Origin: an uncultured Oscillospiraceae bacterium
GTDB lineage: Bacteria > Bacillota > Clostridia > Oscillospirales > Oscillospiraceae
Assembly (NCBI GenBank): GCA_900769995.1
Contig: CAAGIT010000161.1
Coordinates: 1 to 41,224, forward strand
Length of the DNA stretch: 41,224 nucleotides
Reading direction: 5' to 3'
The notes under the pieces are model-generated. The model had not been told where the DNA came from, did not search any database, and worked only from the letters and a program-made list of their open reading frames with translations. The position numbers were made by a program, and so were the translations under genes. This document shows, in pieces, positions 37,224 to 41,224 of the stretch (its first letter is position 1; each line of letters begins with the position of its first letter).

Positions 37224-38114
37224 ATGCTATTTGAATCCGGCACATCGCCGATCACCTTTCCGGAGCTGGGAATCGACATCAACCCGCCGGAGGGTGTGTC
37301 GATTTTTGGATTTGAGATCAAGTTTTATGCCATCATCATCGCCCTTGGCGTGGTTTTGGCAGTGCTGTATGCCACACGGCGCAGCAAGGAATTTGGATTG
37401 ACAAGCGACGACATTCTCAATATCGTCCTCATCGGTCTGCCGTGTGCCATCATCGGCGCCCGTGCATATTATGTGATTTTCGAATGGGATCGCTTCTTCG
37501 GCCCCGGCATCCCATGGTATCAATGCTTCAACATCCGCGACGGCGGTCTGGCCATCTACGGCGGCGTGATCGGCGCGGTCGGTGCGGTGACGATTTGGTG
37601 TCTGTTCAAACGCTCGGAGCTGAAAAAGCTGCCGTCCTTTATGGATGTGGCAGGCTTGGGCCTGCTGATCGGTCAGGCTTTGGGCCGCTGGGGCAATTTC
37701 TTCAACCGTGAGGCGCACGGCGGTGAGACGACCTCATTTTTGCGCATGGGTCTGATCGAGGGCGGCAGACAGATCTATGTACATCCGACATTTCTGTATG
37801 AGTCCGTGTGGAATCTGATCGGTCTGATCCTGCTTCACTTCCTGTCGAAGAAGCGTAAATTTGACGGCCAAATCTTTTTGGGCTATGTCGCGTGGTACGG
37901 GCTTGGCCGTGTGTTCATTGAGGGACTGCGTACGGACAGCCTCTATCTCGGAGCGTTCCGCGTGAGCCAACTGGTTGCAGGCGGTTCGTGTGTCATCGCG
38001 CTCGGCATTATGGCTTTCATTTTGTTCAAAAAGCGCCCTGACCCGAAGAATATGTTAGTCAATCGTGTCGCCAATGCAGCGACCGAAAACAATTCGGAAC
38101 AGAAGGAGGATTAA
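37224..38114 (+). CDS. lgt: Prolipoprotein diacylglyceryl transferase
   Basis: GARAYYV, GGLAIYGG, GRWGNFFNREAHG, HPTFLYES and EGLRTD motifs. Confidence 0.97.
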   Translation: MLFESGTSPITFPELGIDINPPEGVSIFGFEIKFYAIIIALGVVLAVLYATRRSKEFGLTSDDILNIVLIGLPCAIIGARAYYVIFEWDRFFGPGIPWYQCFNIRDGGLAIYGGVIGAVGAVTIWCLFKRSELKKLPSFMDVAGLGLLIGQALGRWGNFFNREAHGGETTSFLRMGLIEGGRQIYVHPTFLYESVWNLIGLILLHFLSKKRKFDGQIFLGYVAWYGLGRVFIEGLRTDSLYLGAFRVSQLVAGGSCVIALGIMAFILFKKRPDPKNMLVNRVANAATENNSEQKED

Positions 38115-38116
38115 CC

Positions 38117-38461
38117 ATGGAAGATTTGAAGGAAAAGGCAGTCAGTGCTGCCCAGTGCGCAGCGCGAACGGCAAAGTATTTTGCCCAGGTGTCCAAGAAA
38201 CGGCTCGCGATTGTGAGCGAACAGGAAAAGATTCGCCGCTGTTACACCAAGCTCGGCAAGGTCTATTATAAGGACTATGTGACCGACGAGGAGCCGGATG
38301 ATGCGGAATATGTGCCGCTGTGTGAGGCGATCTCCGAATCGTTCCGCCGCATCAATGAGCTGCGTGACGAGATCGAGGATCTGAAGGAGGACTACAACGC
38401 TCCCGCTTCTGCCAGCAAGCAGGAGGCTGAGATCATCGCACTGGAGACAGCCGAAGAATAA
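38117..38461 (+). CDS. Hypothetical coiled-coil protein
   Basis: AAGGAGG RBS; coupled to lgt; helical, acidic 114-aa ORF followed by a terminator. Confidence 0.7.
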   Translation: MEDLKEKAVSAAQCAARTAKYFAQVSKKRLAIVSEQEKIRRCYTKLGKVYYKDYVTDEEPDDAEYVPLCEAISESFRRINELRDEIEDLKEDYNAPASASKQEAEIIALETAEE

Positions 38462-38467
38462 ACGATC

Positions 38468-38726
38468 AGGATGCCGAAAAGCTTTCGGCATCCTTTGTCT
38501 GTCAAAGAACTTGTTTTTTGACAGACTGGCAGAGGTCAAAGGAGCCGTCAAGACAAGCAAGCCGCAGTCGTCGGCGTACAGAGGTACGGTAAGACGAGCG
38601 TTGTGTAGGGGCGGATATGATCCGCCTCAATGCGTCATGGCGGGCGGCTGATAGCCGCCCCTACGATTTTGACGGTTTCGGACTTTATCGACAGTCAGAG
38701 GATGCCGAAAAAGCTTTCGGCATCCT
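38468..38726. mobile_element. Second copy (inverted) of the MITE/REPIN-like element, between duplicated terminator hairpins
   Basis: AGGATGCCGAAAA(A)GCTTTCGGCATCCT at 38468-38494 and 38699-38726. 38550-38696 is a reverse-complement homologue of 8607-8753. Confidence 0.78.
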
Positions 38727-38745
38727 GTTTTTTGCAAACTCGCGG

Positions 38746-38772
38746 ATATTTCCCCCTCGCGGTGCATAGTCT
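38746..38772 (+). promoter_or_regulatory. Candidate SigE promoter of spoIIID
   Basis: ATA-16 nt-CATAGTCT fits the SigE pattern; spoIIID is a known SigE target. Confidence 0.45.
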
Positions 38773-38835
38773 GTTTTGGACGCACAGCGAAATTCCGCAA
38801 GCAGGCCGCGCCGTGCTTGTCGAGGGGGTTAGGTT

Positions 38836-39114
38836 ATGAGAGATACCATTGAGCAACGAGCCTGTGATTTGGCTGTGTACATCATTGAAAACCGCGCCAC
38901 CGTCCGCGCTGCCGCCAAGCAGTTTGGCATCAGTAAGTCAACCGTACATAAGGACTGCACCGAACGATTGCGCCGCATCAATCCGGCACTGGCAGAGGAG
39001 GTACGGCTGGTTTTAGAGGTCAACAAGCAGGAACGCCACATTCGCGGGGGTCTTGCGACAAAAGAAAAATATTCCCACAGCCGTGGGGCTGATGAAATAA
39101 CGACCATTCGCTGA
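38836..39114 (+). CDS. spoIIID: Sporulation transcription regulator SpoIIID
   Basis: ATVRAAAKQFGISKSTVHKD..ERL...NKQERHIRGGLATKEKY. Confidence 0.97.
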   Translation: MRDTIEQRACDLAVYIIENRATVRAAAKQFGISKSTVHKDCTERLRRINPALAEEVRLVLEVNKQERHIRGGLATKEKYSHSRGADEITTIR

Positions 39115-39353
39115 ACGACTGTCAAAACCCGGTTCTGACGCGGCTTGCGCCGCTGTCGGAATCGGGTTTTGCCGTCAGCCTGCACAAAAAATCTTGCAGG
39201 AAATTGTGCGAAACACAGATTTTCAAAAAATGCTCAAAATTTATTTGTTTATACTAAAATTTTTTGTATTTTGTGGTTGATTATTTCTAAAAATTGGCGT
39301 ATACTGAAACCATAAACGGGCAGGATGCCCAAAAATTACAGGAGGCAGAACGA

Positions 39354-40439
39354 ATGAAATACGATCGTACCTATAACTTCTCCGCAGGCCCCGCGACGAT
39401 GCCCGAGGAAGTCCTCGAGGAAGTCCGCGACGAAATGATGAACTATCGCGGCTCCGGTATGTGCGTTATGGAGATGTCCCACCGCTCGAAGGTCTATCAG
39501 CAGATCATCGACGAGGCTGAGCAGGATCTGCGCGATCTTATGGGCATCCCCGACAACTACAAGGTGCTCTTTATTCAGGGCGGTGCAACCCTGCAGTTCT
39601 CCATGATCCCGATGAACCTGATGAAGAACGGCAAGGCCGTCTACATCGAAACCGGTGCATGGTCCAAGAAGGCCATTGCCGAGGCAAAGAAGGTCGGCGA
39701 GGTTATCGTTGCCGCTTCTTCCAAGGATAAGAACTATACTTACATCCCCGATTGCTCCGATCTTGACATTCCCGAGGATGCGGACTATGTCTACATCTGC
39801 GAAAACGAGACCATCCACGGCTCTACCTGGGCAAAGCTCCCGAACTGCAAGGGCAAGATTTTGGTTTCCGACCAGTCCTCCATGTTCCTGTCCAAGCCCT
39901 GCAATGTTTCTGACTATGGCATGATCTATGCCGGCGTGCAGAAGAACGTCGGCCCTGCCGGTATGGTCGTTGTCATCATCCGCGAGGATCTCATCCGCGA
40001 CGATCTGACCGATCTGCCCATCTACCTGCAGTATAAGACCCACGCCGATGCCGGCTCCATGTACAACACCCCGAACTGCTGGGCGATCTACGTCTGCGGC
40101 AAGGTCTTTAAGTATCTGAAGAAGATCGGCGGCCTTGGCGCCATGGAGCAGAGAAACATCGAGAAGGCAAAGGTTTTCTATGACTTCCTCGACAGCTCCA
40201 AGATGTTCAGCGGCACGGTCGTGTCCGAGAACCGCAGCCTGATGAACATTCCGTTCGTCACCGGCAATCCCGACCTCGATGCCGAAGTCATCGCCTATAC
40301 CAAGAAGGCCGGCTTTGAGAACCTCAAGGGTCATAAGTCTGTCGGCGGTCTGCGTGCCTCCACCTATAACGCAATGCCCATCGAAGGCGTGGAAGCCCTC
40401 GTTGCCTGCCTGAAACAGTTCGAAGCCGAACATCAATAA
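39354..40439 (+). CDS. serC: Phosphoserine aminotransferase
   Basis: NFSAGP, MEMSHRS, NETIHG, AGVQKN (PLP Lys), YNTP and GHKSVGG motifs. AGGAGG RBS before ATG 39354. Confidence 0.97.
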   Translation: MKYDRTYNFSAGPATMPEEVLEEVRDEMMNYRGSGMCVMEMSHRSKVYQQIIDEAEQDLRDLMGIPDNYKVLFIQGGATLQFSMIPMNLMKNGKAVYIETGAWSKKAIAEAKKVGEVIVAASSKDKNYTYIPDCSDLDIPEDADYVYICENETIHGSTWAKLPNCKGKILVSDQSSMFLSKPCNVSDYGMIYAGVQKNVGPAGMVVVIIREDLIRDDLTDLPIYLQYKTHADAGSMYNTPNCWAIYVCGKVFKYLKKIGGLGAMEQRNIEKAKVFYDFLDSSKMFSGTVVSENRSLMNIPFVTGNPDLDAEVIAYTKKAGFENLKGHKSVGGLRASTYNAMPIEGVEALVACLKQFEAEHQ

Positions 40440-40460
40440 TACTTGAAGGAGAGTAAAATT

Positions 40461-41199
40461 ATGCGTATTCTCGTTACCGACGGAATGGACAAGTCCGCCA
40501 TCGCCGCTTTGACCGCGCAGGGTCACGAAGTTGTTGAGCAGTATTATGAGCCGGATCAGCTCGGTGCCGCTCTGCGTGATTTCGACGCAGTGGTCGTCCG
40601 CTCCAAGACCAAGGTTCGCGCAAATCACATCGACGAAGCCAAGGGCAGCAAGCTCAAGCTCATCATCCGCGGCGGTGTCGGCGTGGATAACATCGACGTC
40701 AAGTATGCCGAAGAAAACGGCATCAAGGTCATGAACACCCCGCGTGCCTCCTCTCAGTCCGTTGCAGAGCTGGCAATGGGTCTGATGTTCTCCTGCTGCC
40801 GCTATATCTCCATCGCCGGTCACACCATGCGTGAGGACAAGTGGGAGAAGAAGGCTTACGGCAAGGGCATCGAGCTGAGCGGCAAGACGCTCGGTATCGT
40901 CGGCTTTGGCCGTATCGGTCAGGCTCTGGGCAAGATGGCAAAGGCGATCGGCATGAACGTTGTCGCTTTTGATATTTTCCATATCCCCGGCATCGAAGAA
41001 CAACTGGGCATTCCCTATGTCGAGATGGACGAGCTGCTGGCAAGCGCTGATTTCATCAGCGTCCATGCCCCGGCAGTGGACGGCGGCAAGCTGATCTCCG
41101 CAGAAAACATCGCCAAGATGAAGGACGGCGTTGTCATCATCAATACCTCTCGCGGCAGCAACTGCGACGAGGCTGCCCTCTTAGCCGCTCTGGAATCCG
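40461..41199 (+). CDS. serA: D-3-phosphoglycerate dehydrogenase-like protein, 3' truncated at contig end (absent from the ORF track)
   Basis: MRILVTDG...VVRSKT...RGGVGVDNID...SVAEL...GIVGFGRIG...INTSRG; follows serC; AAGGAG RBS. Confidence 0.85.
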
Positions 41200-41224
41200 A
41201 GATCGGAAGAGCGTCGTGTAGGGA
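41200..41224 (+). other. Illumina TruSeq adapter (technical artefact)
   Basis: AGATCGGAAGAGCGTCGTGTAGGGA is an exact match to the adapter read-through sequence. Confidence 0.98.

Noticed and set aside
39190..39295. CodY-like boxes upstream of serC
   Set aside because: Best matches have 3-4 mismatches to AATTTTCWGAAAATT in AT-rich DNA, so they cannot be distinguished from chance.
39336..41066. 576-aa minus-strand ORF
   Set aside because: Antisense to serC and serA, which carry clear enzyme motifs.

Overview
This is a GC-rich chromosomal segment, mostly housekeeping genes, from a spore-forming Firmicute; Clostridia/Oscillospiraceae-like is my inference from spoIIID, the T-box and L20 leaders, and gene content. 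In order it holds the 3' end of tuf; an SGNH-DUF4358-MBOAT-DHHW O-acylation cluster plus an HD protein; a CBS-PPase; infC-rpmI-rplT with an L20 leader and an ATC start; murI; a Ca/Na antiporter; an AbrB-YnbB-EamA operon; ylxM-ffh-rpsP-khpA; metG; an MBL hydrolase; an aspartokinase lacking ACT domains; a Derlin-like pseudo-rhomboid with a zinc finger; ahcY; an M42 peptidase; thrS with a T-box; a G5/3D protein; prmA; an M16 peptidase pair; lgt; spoIIID; serC; and a partial serA. I found no transposase, integrase, CRISPR array, rRNA or tRNA. Two non-coding signals stand out. (1) A family of non-autonomous elements at about 7.07, 8.6 and 38.5 kb, each sitting between two copies of a whole terminator hairpin; two carry paired GTAG-type REPs. 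(2) A 777-bp unit that duplicates the first 105 nt of the M42 peptidase gene and places an AT-rich orphan ORF downstream of the gene's apparent native promoter. The last 25 nt are an Illumina adapter. All family calls come from motif recognition by eye; no searches were run.
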